Shown: positions 39,965 through 52,378 of the stretch, piece by piece | Layout of the letters: every line of letters begins with the position of its first letter | Numbering within the stretch: the first letter of the stretch is position 1 | Origin: Felis catus | Lineage: Eukaryota | DNA: 64,000 bases | Assembly: GCF_018350175.1 (NCBI RefSeq) | Contig: NC_058368.1 | Coordinates: forward strand, 159,280,001 to 159,344,000 | Reading direction: 5' to 3' | Notes under the pieces: model-generated | What the model was told of the DNA's origin: nothing | The model's database searches: none | The model's input: the letters and a program-made list of their open reading frames with translations, nothing else | Made by a program: the position numbers and the translations under genes

Positions 39965-40705
39965 TCTAATCAGCTAGGTGCTTCCAGCTGGAAGGAATTG
40001 AAAGCTGAGCTCAAACTGGCTTAAACAACAATGGCATTTATTGGTTCACACATATGGAAGTCCAGACATAGGGCAAGCTTCAGGGTTGTTGTAATCTAAT
40101 GTTTCCAGTGCTGTTTCTTTGTGATTCTCTGGACTTATACTATCCAATGGAACTTTCCGCAATTACGGAAATGTTCTATGTCAGTACAATCCAATAGTAG
40201 CCACTAGCCACATGTGGCTAATCAGCACTTAAAAAAATGCTACTGTCATTTAGGAAATGACTTATTAAATGTATTTAATTTTTAGTAATTTAAATATAAA
40301 TAACCAGATAGAGCTAGGACATCATATTGTAAAATGCAATTCTGTACTATGCCATCTTATACACTATGTGACATCATACACAGACTTGTAATGTATCAGT
40401 TGCAACTAATTGCACATGAAGTCATTCAGATCAAAGCAGGGTTAGGAGAGTTTCACCCAGAAGAGCAAATAGCTTCCTTTTGTGTTATATTCACTAAAAT
40501 TAGATACCAAGTCCATTTGTGAACTGGTCTCTGGTAGAAACATGATGTAATTATTAGTCTTCTTGAGTTCATTCTTGTTACAGGGTTGGCTTCCTCTGGG
40601 ATCCATAGGCTGGGGGGCAGAGGGGATGACACCTAATGACTATTAGTATTTACATACTGGAAGGAAAAAGAAATTGGTTGCTGGGAAGACAACTAACTAT
40701 ACCCT
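39965..40705 (-). mobile_element. Old MaLR LTR (MLT1-like) relic interrupted by MER3
   Basis: ctcaaactggcttaaacaacaatggcatttattggttcac is typical of MLT1. Confidence 0.55.
40138..40340. mobile_element. MER3-like hAT-Charlie non-autonomous DNA transposon
   Basis: tccaatggaactttccgcaattacggaaatgttctat...agccactagccacatgtggcta. Confidence 0.8.
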
Positions 40706-41599
40706 CCTCACTCTTTAAACAGCAAGCAGTTTGTACCAACTGGTCAAAATGAGATAAGAGTCTGTGTTTTGAGTTTCTGTTGCTGTATCATCCCTAATCT
40801 TGTCCTTCTACCATCTGCTAAAAGTTACTGGAGAAAAAGCATCCTTAAAATTCTGCCTCCATATTTGCTAGGATTGCTAATAGTTACCTTAAGTTGCCCC
40901 TCCTCCAAAATTTCTGTCATCCAATTTTGTGCTCTAGTAGTCAAAAGAAAATACCTGGCACTGAATTAACAAAAATCACTGAACCCTTATCACAGTGTCA
41001 AAGTGCTTTCAGGTTTTGGTACAGCTATACTTAGCTTCCTGTGATTGTTCACCATCTTCTCTATCTGCTCAAATATTTCAGATTCATGAGATTCTCTATG
41101 CATACTACTCCTTCCCAACTTAGTCATCCCTTCTTCCAAGAAGTCTCCCTTGATACATCCATGTCTGGGTTGGGCACCCTGTTATGTGCTTTGATAGCAT
41201 TCCATTCTTCTCAAATATTAGTCATTTTCATACTCTATGTATTTTTTTCTATATACTTGTCTTTATCTTTTGTTGTCTACCAGGTCAGAATGTTTGTCTT
41301 ATTTAATTGAATATCCTTAATGTCTTTCCATAATATCATAGGCATGTAGCAGGCAATCAACAACTATTTTCAATTAACAAATGATACATGCTAAATAAAT
41401 GAATTGGTTAATAAATGAACAGACTGGGTAGTCCTATACCTATCATATTATAACATATAAGACACATCTTTTTAATCCTAAAAATTTATATGTATGCACA
41501 TATACATTTACAGAGTAAACTTCAATTACATATATTTTAATAGTCACCATATTCTGAAAATATATTATTTTCTAAATTAAAGATGCCTTGCTTGCTTAC

Positions 41600-41700
41600 T
41601 TCTTAGTTTTTGGCTTACCAACATTGACAAGACTCCTTTGGTTCAAAAGTTTTATGGGACTTTGATACTTTAGGAATGTAAAGAATTTCATTTTCAGCAT
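41600..41700 (-). other. Candidate exon with two alternative gtaagc donors (exon ends 41619 or 41600)
   Basis: catacag|ATG acceptor (moderate); donors TTG|gtaagc and GAA|gtaagc 19 nt apart. Confidence 0.3.
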
Positions 41701-42634
41701 CTGTATGCAGTACAGTAAAGTATTCCTTTCCAGATAGCTTATCTCATGCAAAAGGCTGGAACTCATTTGAGAAGTAGTCGAACCATTGAAGCAGACCTTG
41801 ATTGACCAGATATAAAAGTTCAACTTTGGCTCTTACTTTTTTTTTTTTAATTCAATGTAAGCATGCTTTTTTCATCATGGTTTGTTTTGTACTGACTACA
41901 AAACCCCAATCTTCAGTCTGTCTATGTACATCACTAATTAAAAGCTTTAAGGACTTAAGACATAATATAGTAAAATAAGCTTTGCCTTATTGTTATATAT
42001 CATGCAGGTCAGATGGGATATTTGAGGTCCAGTATTCCCAGCAGAAGAAAATTACAACTCTTAAAGCTCTTCTTTTTTGGAGAGAAAAATTGACTTCTTA
42101 AATACAAAAGAGGTATTCTCCAACTTCTTTTGTATATATAACTGCAATTGTAAAGACTATTTTAACCCTTTAGTCCCATAGAAAATATATTGGAGGCATA
42201 TTGAGAACAACAGCTGAGCATCTAGATACATAACCAAGAAGGCTTATATTTAGCTATACAGTTCAGAAAAAGTGCTGATGTAACAAGTTTAATCTCCCCT
42301 CACCCGGCTGTCCCATGGAAGCCCATACAGGAGCTACACTACAAATTTTTAGACATCTATTCTTGATTTATGGGGGCACGCACATGTCCTGATGTAAAGT
42401 ATGTAAAAACAGTGAGAAAAAAATTTCCTTATCTTGCCAAATTCAGCTTCAGAGATGTAATAATTAAAATATAGATTATTGAGGACCAGAAGAAAAGGTA
42501 CTTTATAAAAAGGTACCAACATTTGTTTGAATAATTCTATATAAAATAGCTTCATCTTTAATAGCAGAAAGGGAAAACACAGAAAAATGTAGTCATCACT
42601 TGCAAAATCTAGTACCTCTTTATTTATAGAAGCA

Positions 42635-44000
42635 CTCATTTATGCATTCATTCAACAAATATTTATTACCCAACTATAATGTTCCATAGATGTAATGATC
42701 TCTGTCCACAAGCAGGTCATGGTCTGGTAGAGAGAACAGCCGTTAGCAAATACTCATTATATAATGTAACCCATATTATTTGATAGAAGTGTGTACAAAG
42801 CTCACACATCAGGAATTAATTATAATGACTAATCTTAACTCTCAGCCTGGGGAAGAAGGGGTATTTCTGTATAGGACTTGAGAGTTGTATGAGTTTGGCA
42901 GAGGTAAGTGAGGGAGAGAAGATTTTTGAGGAAAGAAATTTGTAAGAATATGAAGGCACACAAGACATGAGCATATTTAGTAAATAAAGGAGATTTATGC
43001 AGATAGAAAAAGATGTACTTGAAGAAAATTGCCAGATAACTCTAAAAAGATACTGGGACCAGAATGTGAAGAACTTCATATAATCTATGGACTTTGAACT
43101 TATTCTATAGCTAATAAGGCATATATGTAGCATATGACACAATAGGTGTACATGTTAAAAGATTTTTTTTGCATAAATGAAAAGAAAGAAATAAGGCAGG
43201 AAAAGATGAGAAAAAAAAAAGATGGGCATTATAGAAGTTACTTTGATACTATAATGGGAAATGATAAGCTTTGGGAGGAAGGTACACCAGAGGGGATTAA
43301 GCAGGGGATACAGACACAGAGGGCTTGGGGGAAGAGTCTTTGTTGATTGTATGGAGTGGCAATCATTTGAAAGAAGTCAAGGATGTTTAAGGCAACTAGT
43401 TGAGTGGTAAGATTTTAGGCTAGATAGGAAATACAGAAAGAAAAGTATAGTTAAAGAAATATGGAGTTTAATTTTAAACTTGCCGAGTCTGCTATATCTG
43501 TGGGACTTTTAGGTAGAGTTGCTTGCTCAGTGGGCTGAAGAAAATACTGATCTAGAGCTCAGGAAAAAAGTTAGAACCAGATATATAGAAACTGCAGTGA
43601 TAACTATAAAGATGAGAGCTTATTCTCTCACAGTGCACGAGATTTTCTAGAGAGTGTAAAATAAGAAGGAAATATCTTGAGTGCAAACACACTTAGGAGT
43701 TTAGGCAATTAACAAAGTAATTAAATAACAAACTGTGGCTGTAGAGTCCCTGAGAGGACTTGGATTGAATTTGTTTGTTTTCAAACTAAGTGGAGAGAAA
43801 TCTGCAGGGCCAGATGTTACCAAGAAAATAAATGTGATTAAATAGGAAAAACAAAAAGCCAAAGCTGCTGAATATAACAGAGGCCTCTAGTGACTTGAGT
43901 AATACTTTTAAAGTGGTGGAGACAGAAACTAGAATGCTGTGAGTTCGAGTGTTGGTCAGTATTCTAAGAAGACTGACAGGTAAAGGGAGGGGCCAAGGGT
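42635..44000 (-). mobile_element. L2 relic
   Basis: cattcattcaacaaatatttattac (reverse L2 3' end) followed by purine-rich L2 body. Confidence 0.65.
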
Positions 44001-44002
44001 GG

Positions 44003-44235
44003 GTATACCTATAATACTGAAATGCCAAACTTGAGCCGCAATATCACTTTCAGTGTTGTCATATGTTTCTAATTTCACCAGTTGTGTTAGCGTCTCCTTC
44101 ACATGTCATCCAATTATGTCATCCAATTATGACATGTGAAGGAGACGCTAACACAACTGGTGAAATTAGAAACATATGACAACACTGAAAGTGATATTGC
44201 GGCTCAAGTTTGGCATTTCAGTATTATAGGTATAC
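44003..44235. repeat. Perfect inverted repeat: 107-bp arms (44003-44109, 44129-44235), 19-nt spacer
   Basis: Base-by-base comparison shows the right arm is the exact reverse complement of the left arm. Confidence 0.98.
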
Positions 44236-44249
44236 TTCCTTTACTCATA

Positions 44250-44315
44250 ATATATATGTACATATACATATATATATACATATATATATATATATACATA
44301 CATACATATATACAT
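44250..44315. repeat. (TA)n/(TACA)n microsatellite
   Basis: Directly visible. Confidence 0.9.
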
Positions 44316-45596
44316 CAAGTGGATAAATACTTGCAACTAAGCTGGAATTTAATATTTTAACATTATACTCTCTTGAATATGCGCTATTGATAACAACGTT
44401 TAATTATGTATTTGAGACAGTGGTATTGGGAAGTAGGCCATCAACAATACTTATCCATGATCATTAGTGTCACTGTCACAGTCATAACATGAAATAAATG
44501 GGATATAGTTTTATTCTGAAGAGACCTCATATTGCCTTCCTTTCTTCCACTGGCTGGCTACATCATTTAATTACTGAGGATACAAGAAAAGTAATGTTTG
44601 TGAGCTATGCCACAATTGCCTCCCAAATCCTTTGAGAATCAGTTATGTTCATCCCTGAAATTAAAACTGAAACTGCAGTATGAGAGAGATGGCTCATATA
44701 GAAGATCAAAGCCTCCTGGTGTGTCTATTCTGGGTACATTCATCACCTTTAAAATAAAAGTTTCTACTTGAACTTGTTAGTTGCATCTTTTAAATTTTCT
44801 GAATCGCAATTGGACTTGTGTGGTCAAAGTTTATGCTACCTATGTGCTTATGAATGTAGATACCTGGTCACACGGAGGAAATTGGCCTAGGTTTAGCCTA
44901 TTTTTAAAAGTAGTTTCCTGTGTGAGTCAACATGGGCCTAATGCGTGGAGAAACCTTAAGTCTAGTCAAGGCAAGACATTTTTACCAGACCTTACACTAA
45001 TAGTTATAATCATGCTTCTGAGAGCTGAAGTAGATCTAATCCTATCATCTGACCCAAACTTCCATGAATGAATTCATTTTTATTTTCTTTTATTTCTGAG
45101 GCTGTATACTTTAAGTGGTATGTGTAAGAGTATATTCTAACTAATAAGTGGGACCAAAGTTAAGATGAAATCTGCTGCCTGTTAATCAAAGATAATGCCC
45201 ATAATAGTTCACAATCTTGCTATTCTGTTCTCAAAACTTCTTTTATTCATCTTCCCTGAGTAGCTCAGCCCCTAGGACAAGCCTGCTGGTAGCATTGCTT
45301 TTGCAAAAATGTAATCTTTGGTCTTGTGTTCCAATATAAGCCATACATACTCTAGTACCATCATACTCCAAAATATTGCTGTTTTCACTGAATAGTAAAT
45401 TTACAACAGATGTTTAGACTTTTTCGGTTTAAATGTTTTATTTGATATAGTAATATATGATAAGTTGGATCTCACATATTTTATTACATCACATAAACAA
45501 GCCTGATAATGTACTAATCCAATGCAAAAAAAAATGCTTTAGATTCATCCAAATGTATTTTTATGCCTGCCTGCCTTAACTACTAGGTATAGCAAC

Positions 45597-46132
45597 TATG
45601 GTACACAGCTTCTGACATGGTTCCCAGTGATCTCCTCCTATTATTCGTGCCTTTGTGTAATCTCCTTCCCTTAGGTATGGGATGGAACTAGTGATTTTCT
45701 TCTCATGAACAGAATATGGCAAATGTGATAGATATCACTTTTGTGATTGGGTTGTAGAAGACCATAACCTCTGTTTTCTTAACAGCCTTTCTCTTTCTGT
45801 CTGATGAAACAGATGCTATATCAGAGAAGTTCATGTGGCAAGGAACTAACGGTGACTTCTGGCCAATAGTAAGGAACTGAGGCCCTCTTTCAAGTATCCA
45901 TGAGGAACTGAGCTCTGGTAACAACCTAAAATGTGAGCTTGGAAGTAGTTTCTTCCTCAGGAGAGCCTTTAGATGAGACCTCAGATCTTAACTACAGCCT
46001 TTTAAAAGACTTGTGAAGCATAAAGATTAGTTAGGCTTTGCTCAAATTCTTGGCTCACAAAAAATGAGATAATAAACGTGGGGTAGGTGCTAAGTTTGAG
46101 GATTGTATATCAAACAGCAATAGATAACCAGC
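45597..46132 (+). mobile_element. MaLR solo LTR (MLT1F-like)
   Basis: cctttgtgtaatctccttccc...acagaatatggcaaatgtgat...cagcaatagataac. Confidence 0.8.
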
Positions 46133-46477
46133 AAATCAACATTTATCCAAATGGCAGTTTTGCAGGAATATCTAAATACCTAATTAAACACACACACACA
46201 CACACATAAGTAAGCAAAAAAAAAAAAAAAATCTTAACCAGAAAATGATTCTACTTTATTCTTTAACAATAATTGCAGGTCCTCATCAATTCATATTTCC
46301 TTTTACTTCAGAGACAATTCACATATCCAAATTTTCAGATTTCCCAACAAACAACACATACAAATTAAAAAAAAAATGGAGGTTGAAACTTGAAAGTTCA
46401 GACAAATCATTAGCACTTAAATGTGACTCTGAGAAGTCCAATAAGACAGAAGGAAAAGAAAAGACTTGGAGGCTAAG

Positions 46478-46690
46478 TTTTATTTTATTTTTTTAAAGTG
46501 CATTTATTTATTTTGAGAGACAGAGATTAGGGGAGGGGCAGAGAGAGAGGGAGAAAGAGAGAGAATTCCAAGCAGGACCCATGAAGTCAGCCCAAAGCAT
46601 GACACAGGGCTCAATCTGACAAACTGAGAGATCTTGATGAGCCTAAGTCAAGAGTGGGACACTTAACCTACTAAACCATTCAGGCACCGC
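46478..46690 (-). mobile_element. Can-SINE, old
   Basis: T tail, GA tract, ...aaccattcaggcacc. Confidence 0.85.
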
Positions 46691-48149
46691 AGGGATAAAT
46701 CTTAATGTAGTTGATCTCATGCATGGGAAAACAAAGCTTACAATTCTTTGAGAGAACTTATATATTTAACACATTAAAATAGTTAAGATCTTAACTATAA
46801 TCTTGTCTAATTAATAGAAGTTCAAAATATAATTTAAAATATAGCTTAAATAGTTTGTAAAATATAATTTAAATAGTTTGTAAATTAAATAAACTTTGGA
46901 AAGATTAATAACAAAAGTGTTTACAATGACATTGAAACTGTTTACTTGGAACATTAGCCTTATACAGAAAGTCATTCCTGAATGAAACTAGATAAATGGA
47001 GTGTTGGTACATTTTAAAAGAGTTCTGTTTTGGAATAAGTCATTATTTCCATCGCATGCTTGCAAGAAAATTTAAACCATCCCAGAAAAAGGAGAAGATG
47101 ACCTGTATGTAAAGACCTCCAAAGAAGAGGTTATAGTTTCATTGGTTACACATTCCATGCCTTAATAAACATAACTGTCAAAAAATTCTCATATCTGACA
47201 TAAATCTCTTTAGTTTCACTTCAAGCCCAATTGTTTGTATTCTGTGTTGAACAGATGGAAGACAGTTGGTTGCTAAGCTCTGTGAAGATCCTTTAAGAGA
47301 CTTAGAAACGAATTTCATGTGCTAGAATCCTTCATATTTATTGATTCACAGTTCAGGGCTTTTAAATATTGGCTATGCCACTGCTCACCCCCATTCCAAC
47401 CCCACTCTACAGTTGCTCTTTAATTGACACTTTAAGTACAAAGTGTTGAAAGGTAGAAGTCTTACTACTTTAAGAGTCAAGAAAAAACAGCTGTTTCTAT
47501 AAATTCTACTCCTGGGGACCTATGGCTCTGAAGATTCCAAACAAATATTTTCTAGCTTTCACATAGTATTTGCTCAAATATTTAGAAATCACTTTAATCA
47601 CCATTATTTCTCTATAGAAAATCAATATTAACATTCCTTCTAATTTATCTTCTGTGAGGTGAATTTGGGATCTCTTACCTTATTCTGATCATTTCATCTA
47701 GACACATTATAACATTATTTCTCTGCTTTTTCAAATTCCAGTTTTTCTTTTATGAACATATAGCCCTCATACTCTTTTAGTAAGCTGTGACCTTGATTGA
47801 TAGTAATGAGAAGTGCAGTAATTTTTGTCTACCACCAGTTAAAAAATTGTCCCTTTATTATTTTCAGAACTTGGTTATTATAAAAGTGCTAATAATGTTG
47901 TTTTTGATTTTCAAATAACAAATTATATTGTATTGAATGTGCCTTTCAAACTATGTAGCTCCACCTATGATTTTTGAGACCACCAGGTTACCTACTTCTA
48001 TTTCCTTCAGTTCACAATACTGTACATAAGTTTGAAATGGTTTCTATGAATATGTGATATCAAGAGTTAGATGTAATACTTCAAACACTGAAGCAATATA
48101 GAGTTCAAGGATGTGTTCAGTTTAATTAGTAGAACGATATATTCATCAC

Positions 48150-48471
48150 AGCAACCAATCACCAAAGGTGATTAGAATTTCAGTGTCCAGAGATTTTACT
48201 GGAACTTCATTATTTAGGCATGGCTGATTAATTGATTGCCATGTGGTTGAACTGAATCTCCGAGCTGATTGATCCCAGGTGACCAAAAGCCCCCACTCTA
48301 AATCATTTTGTTGGATTTTCTGGCTTGGCCACCCCCCATGCTGAGACCACTGGGGCTGGCCAGCCCTACCTTAAGCAAAAACATTGCTATCAGGTTTGAC
48401 ATACACTACCTGCCAGAGCTAAGAGCAAAGCCAAGACCTCTCCTTGAGCAAGGCAAATTATTTACTACACA
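48150..48471. mobile_element. MER21-like LTR fragment
   Basis: cagtgtccagagattttactgg...ggcatggctgatt...caaggcaaattatttactacaca. Confidence 0.65.
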
Positions 48472-48726
48472 CTGATAGTCTCTACTTTTAAGTGGGATGG
48501 TGGACCATTAACAGTTAGGTAATTATTGATATGGTTGACTTTAACTCCACTATTTTGTTATTTGCTTTCCATTTGTCCTGTCTGATCCTTATTTCTTTTT
48601 TTCATGACTTCTTTTATATTAACTGAGTATTTAATTTTAAGATTGCATTTTATATCCAGCCTTAGCTTATTAGCTACATTTCTTTGTTTTTATCCTTAAT
48701 GGCTGTTTTCAAGTTTACAGTATACA

Positions 48727-48930
48727 GGGGCACCTGGGTGGCTCAGTCGGTTACATGTGGGACTTCAGCTCAGGTCAGGATCTCATGTTTGGTGAGTTCG
48801 AGCCCCCTGGTGGGCTCTGTCCTGACAGCTCAGTCAGGAGCCTCCTTAGGATTCTGTGTTTCCCTTTCTTTCTGCCCCTCCCCCGCTTGTGCTCTCTCTT
48901 TCAAAAATAAATAAACATTAAAAGAATAAA
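48727..48930 (+). mobile_element. Can-SINE
   Basis: TSD tttacagt(a/g)taca. Confidence 0.93.
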
Positions 48931-49012
48931 ATTTACAGTGTACATATTTAACTATCACAGTCTAGCTTCAAATATTATACATACCATGTATGCTATAAAA
49001 ACTTTACATCAA

Positions 49013-49205
49013 GTGGCGCCTGGGTGGCTCAGTTGGTTAAGTGCCCAACCCAGCTCAGGTCATGACCTCACAGTTCTTGAGACTGAACCCCACATCCGGC
49101 TCTCTGCTCTCAGCACAGAGCCTGCTGCAGGTCATCTATCTTCCTGCCTCTCTTTCTGCCCCCCCCCAAAATAAACAAAAACACAAAACAAAACAAAACA
49201 AAACA
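49013..49205 (+). mobile_element. Can-SINE with (CAAAA)n tail
   Basis: TSD aaactt(t/c)acatcaa. Confidence 0.9.
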
Positions 49206-49311
49206 AACTTCACATCAACATACAACCATTTTACTCCTCTTGGACTTTACCAAGTTTCATATATTTAACCCCTAAATATGATGCAAACTTCTGATACATT
49301 TTTACTGTTTT

Positions 49312-49550
49312 TTTTAAACATTTTGCTCTTTTTAAAAAATTTTTTAACGTTTATTTATTTTTGAGACACAGAGAGACAGAACATGAACGGGGGAGGGTCA
49401 GAGAAAGAGAGGGAGACACAGAATCTGAAACAGGCTCCAGGCTCTGAGCTGTCAGCACAGAGCCCGACACGGGGCTTGAACTCACGAACCGCAAGATCAT
49501 GACCTGAGCCGACGTCGGACACTTAACCGACTGAGCCACCCAGATGCCCC
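49312..49550 (-). mobile_element. Can-SINE (SINEC_Fc), low divergence
   Basis: TSD catttttactgtttt at 49297-49311 and 49551-49565. Confidence 0.96.
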
Positions 49551-49929
49551 CATTTTTACTGTTTTAGCTCCAAACAAACATTTAGCTTTTAGAGTTATTA
49601 CACAATGAAAAAAATAGATTTACTCATTGCTTTTAATTTCTGGTGATACTTATTCCTTTTTATAGTTTCAAATTTCTAGTAGGTATCATTTTCCTTTTGT
49701 CTTGAGAACTTCCTTTAACCTTTCTTGCAATACAGGATTCCTGGTTATAAATTTGTACAAGTTTTGTTTAAATGGATAAAATTTTATTTTTTCTTCAGTT
49801 TTGAAACATGGTTTCACTGGCTTAAGAAATCTAAGATGGCTTTTTTGTGTGTGTTTTGAAGCTACCATTTCACTGTCTTTCAGGTTGCATTGTTTCTGAC
49901 AACAAATCTGTGATTTTGTTGGTTTTATT

Positions 49930-49947
49930 TGTGTGTGTGCGTGTGTG

Positions 49948-49980
<33 letters not shown>
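49930..49980. repeat. (GT)n microsatellite
   Basis: Directly visible. Confidence 0.95.
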
Positions 49981-51617
49981 AAAGTATCTCTAGCGACTTT
50001 TTTTTTTCTATTTATCAGTGAATTCACTATAATTGTAATGTGAGTCATTGTTTTTTCTTTAGGTTTATTCTGTTTGGTGTCCATTTGTAAAATTTTCTAT
50101 TTTTAAATTATTTTTATGTACTTTCCTCTCCCTCTTTTTTCCTCCTCTCTCTTCTTATGTTATTCCAATTACACATACATTAGACCACATGAACTTATTC
50201 AACAGTCTCTGATGCTTTTATTTTCTGTTTCATCCTGCATAGTTTCTATTGCTATATCTATAGGTTCATTAATCTTTTCTTCTCTAATCTCTAATATCCC
50301 CCTAATCCCTTTTTATTTTTATTTCAGACTTTATAGTTTTTATTTCTAGAAGTTCTATTTGAGTCTTTCTTATATATTTTATATCTCTACTTAAAGTTCA
50401 AGCATTCCTTTAGCTTCTTATGTAGAATACAGTCATAACTGTTTTAACGTCCTTGTTTTACCGTCCGGATAATTTACAGGTTATTTTCATTGATTTTTCT
50501 ATTCCTGTTAGGTCGCATTTTCTTGTTTCTTTTCATGGCTGGTAATTGTTCATTGGTTACCAGACATTATAAATTTCACTTTGCTGGATTTGTATGTATT
50601 TGTATTCCTACAAGTATTCTTAGGCTTTGTACTTAGATCCAGTTAGGTAACTTGGAAAAAGATTTATCCTTTGTGCCTTGCTTTTAACTTTTGGTAAACA
50701 TGGCAGACCAAGAGGAGCTAATTTTGCCCTATTACTGAGGCAGAACTTTTTATAAAGGCTACGTAGTGCTCCATGCATTATGACATTTTCACTCTTACTG
50801 CCAGGGAAGGGGGAAGGGGGGAAGAAAGATTTGCACACTTCTTTCTGTTCCAGGGGTTGTTGCATTTATTTTTTTTTCAATGATTATTTTCCCAGCCTTG
50901 ATTAATTTTTTCACACTAATGAGGTTATCAGTAATCAGCTGATAGACTTGAGGGAGACCTCCTGCAGATCTGTGGAATTCATTCTCTGCATTTCTTTTTT
51001 TCCCAGTATTCTGCTAAGTAAACTCAACTACCGTGGCCTCCTCAAACTACCAATTCTGTCTATTCACTTGAGGGAGACTGTCTAGTCTTGACTGAGTTCC
51101 TTGTTGTTTTTTCATTATGGCCTGAAAATTATTTCCAGACAGTAAATTGGGGCATTTGGGGAATTTTTTACTGTCTTTCAGAGATCACGATACTTCATAC
51201 CCAGAAGCCCAATGTTTTAAAACATTGTTTCAGAACAATGTTTTAAAATATATTTCTGATTTTTTTTCATGGTTTCAGATGATAGGCTAACTCAACTTCC
51301 TGTAATTCCATCTTGGCTAAGAACATAATTCTTATCTACCTTTTTTTTTTTTATGTTTCATAATATCGGTGGAGGTAAATTTCTCAATTTCTTTATCTAA
51401 AGGAAAAAAAACATTCAACATTAGGAAAAATTTCTAAGAGATATTAAGTATTTAATTTTAAGTTGGAGTAGATGAATAAAGTGAGTAGTTGAGATTTGGT
51501 AGTTATTAAATTTTTAAATATTCATTGGAAATATTGGTTAAAATATAACCTTATGATTAAAGTCTAATTTTGAGAAAATTTAAAGTATGCAGTACTTTAA
51601 AATTAACAGGGTTTGTG

Positions 51618-52310
51618 AGATGCAACCTGGTTCAGCCACTCTGGAAAACAATATGGAGGTTGCTCAAAAAAATTAAAAATAAAACTATCCTATGATCCAG
51701 CAATAACACTGCTAGGAATTTACCCAGGGGATACAGGAGTGCTGATGCATAGGGGCACATGTACCCCCAAATGTTTATAGCAGTGCTTTAATAATAACTA
51801 AATTATGGAAAGAGCCTAAGTGTCCATCAACTGATGAATGGATAAAGAAGATGTGGTTTATATATACAATGGAATACTACTTGGCAATGAGAAAGAATGA
51901 AATCATGCCATTTGTAGCAACATAGATGGAACTGGAAGGTGTTAAGCTAAGTAAAATAAGTCAGTCAGAGAAAGACAGATATAATATGTTTTCACTCATT
52001 TGTGAATCTTGAAAAACTTAACAGAAGACCATGGAGGAAGGGAAGGGGAAAAAAATAGTTACAAACAGAGAAGGAGGGAGGCAAACCATAAGGGACTCTT
52101 AAGTACAGAGAACAAACTGAGGGTGGATGGGGGGTGTGGGAGAGGGTAAGATGGGTGATGGGCATTGAAGAGGACACTTGTTGGGATGAGCACCAGGTGT
52201 TGTATGTGTTGTATGTAAGCGATGAACCATGGGAATTTACCCCCAAAACCAGGAGCAGACTGTACACATTGTGTGTGTGACAATAAATTTTATTTTAAAA
52301 AGAAAATGTG

Positions 52311-52347
<37 letters not shown>

Positions 52348-52378
52348 ATGAAATATATGTGATATATAAAATGGAAAA
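51618..52378 (+). mobile_element. 5'-truncated carnivore L1 3' end with perfect TSD
   Basis: L1 ORF2 end and 3'UTR (cagccactctggaaaac...aataaa); 20-bp direct repeat taaaattaacagggtttgtg at 51598-51617 and 52379-52398. Confidence 0.95.

Larger units (their letters stand above)
48475..51325 (-). mobile_element. Old L1 (ORF1/ORF2 junction and 5' region) relic carrying three SINEs
   Basis: T-rich strand; ORF 49686-50084 ends like the L1 ORF1p C-terminus (FITRNPVLQERLKEVL). Confidence 0.7.

Noticed and set aside
44003..44235. Palindrome as a MITE or classical pre-miRNA
   Set aside because: No recognisable transposon TIR and no independent TSD (GTATAC recurs only because it is self-complementary). 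The DNA transposon relics here are old and diverged, and the stem is far longer and more perfect than a pre-miRNA.
44136..44360. ORF through the right palindrome arm (KETLTQLVKLETYDN...)
   Set aside because: GTG start, runs into a TA microsatellite, and shows no recognisable homology.
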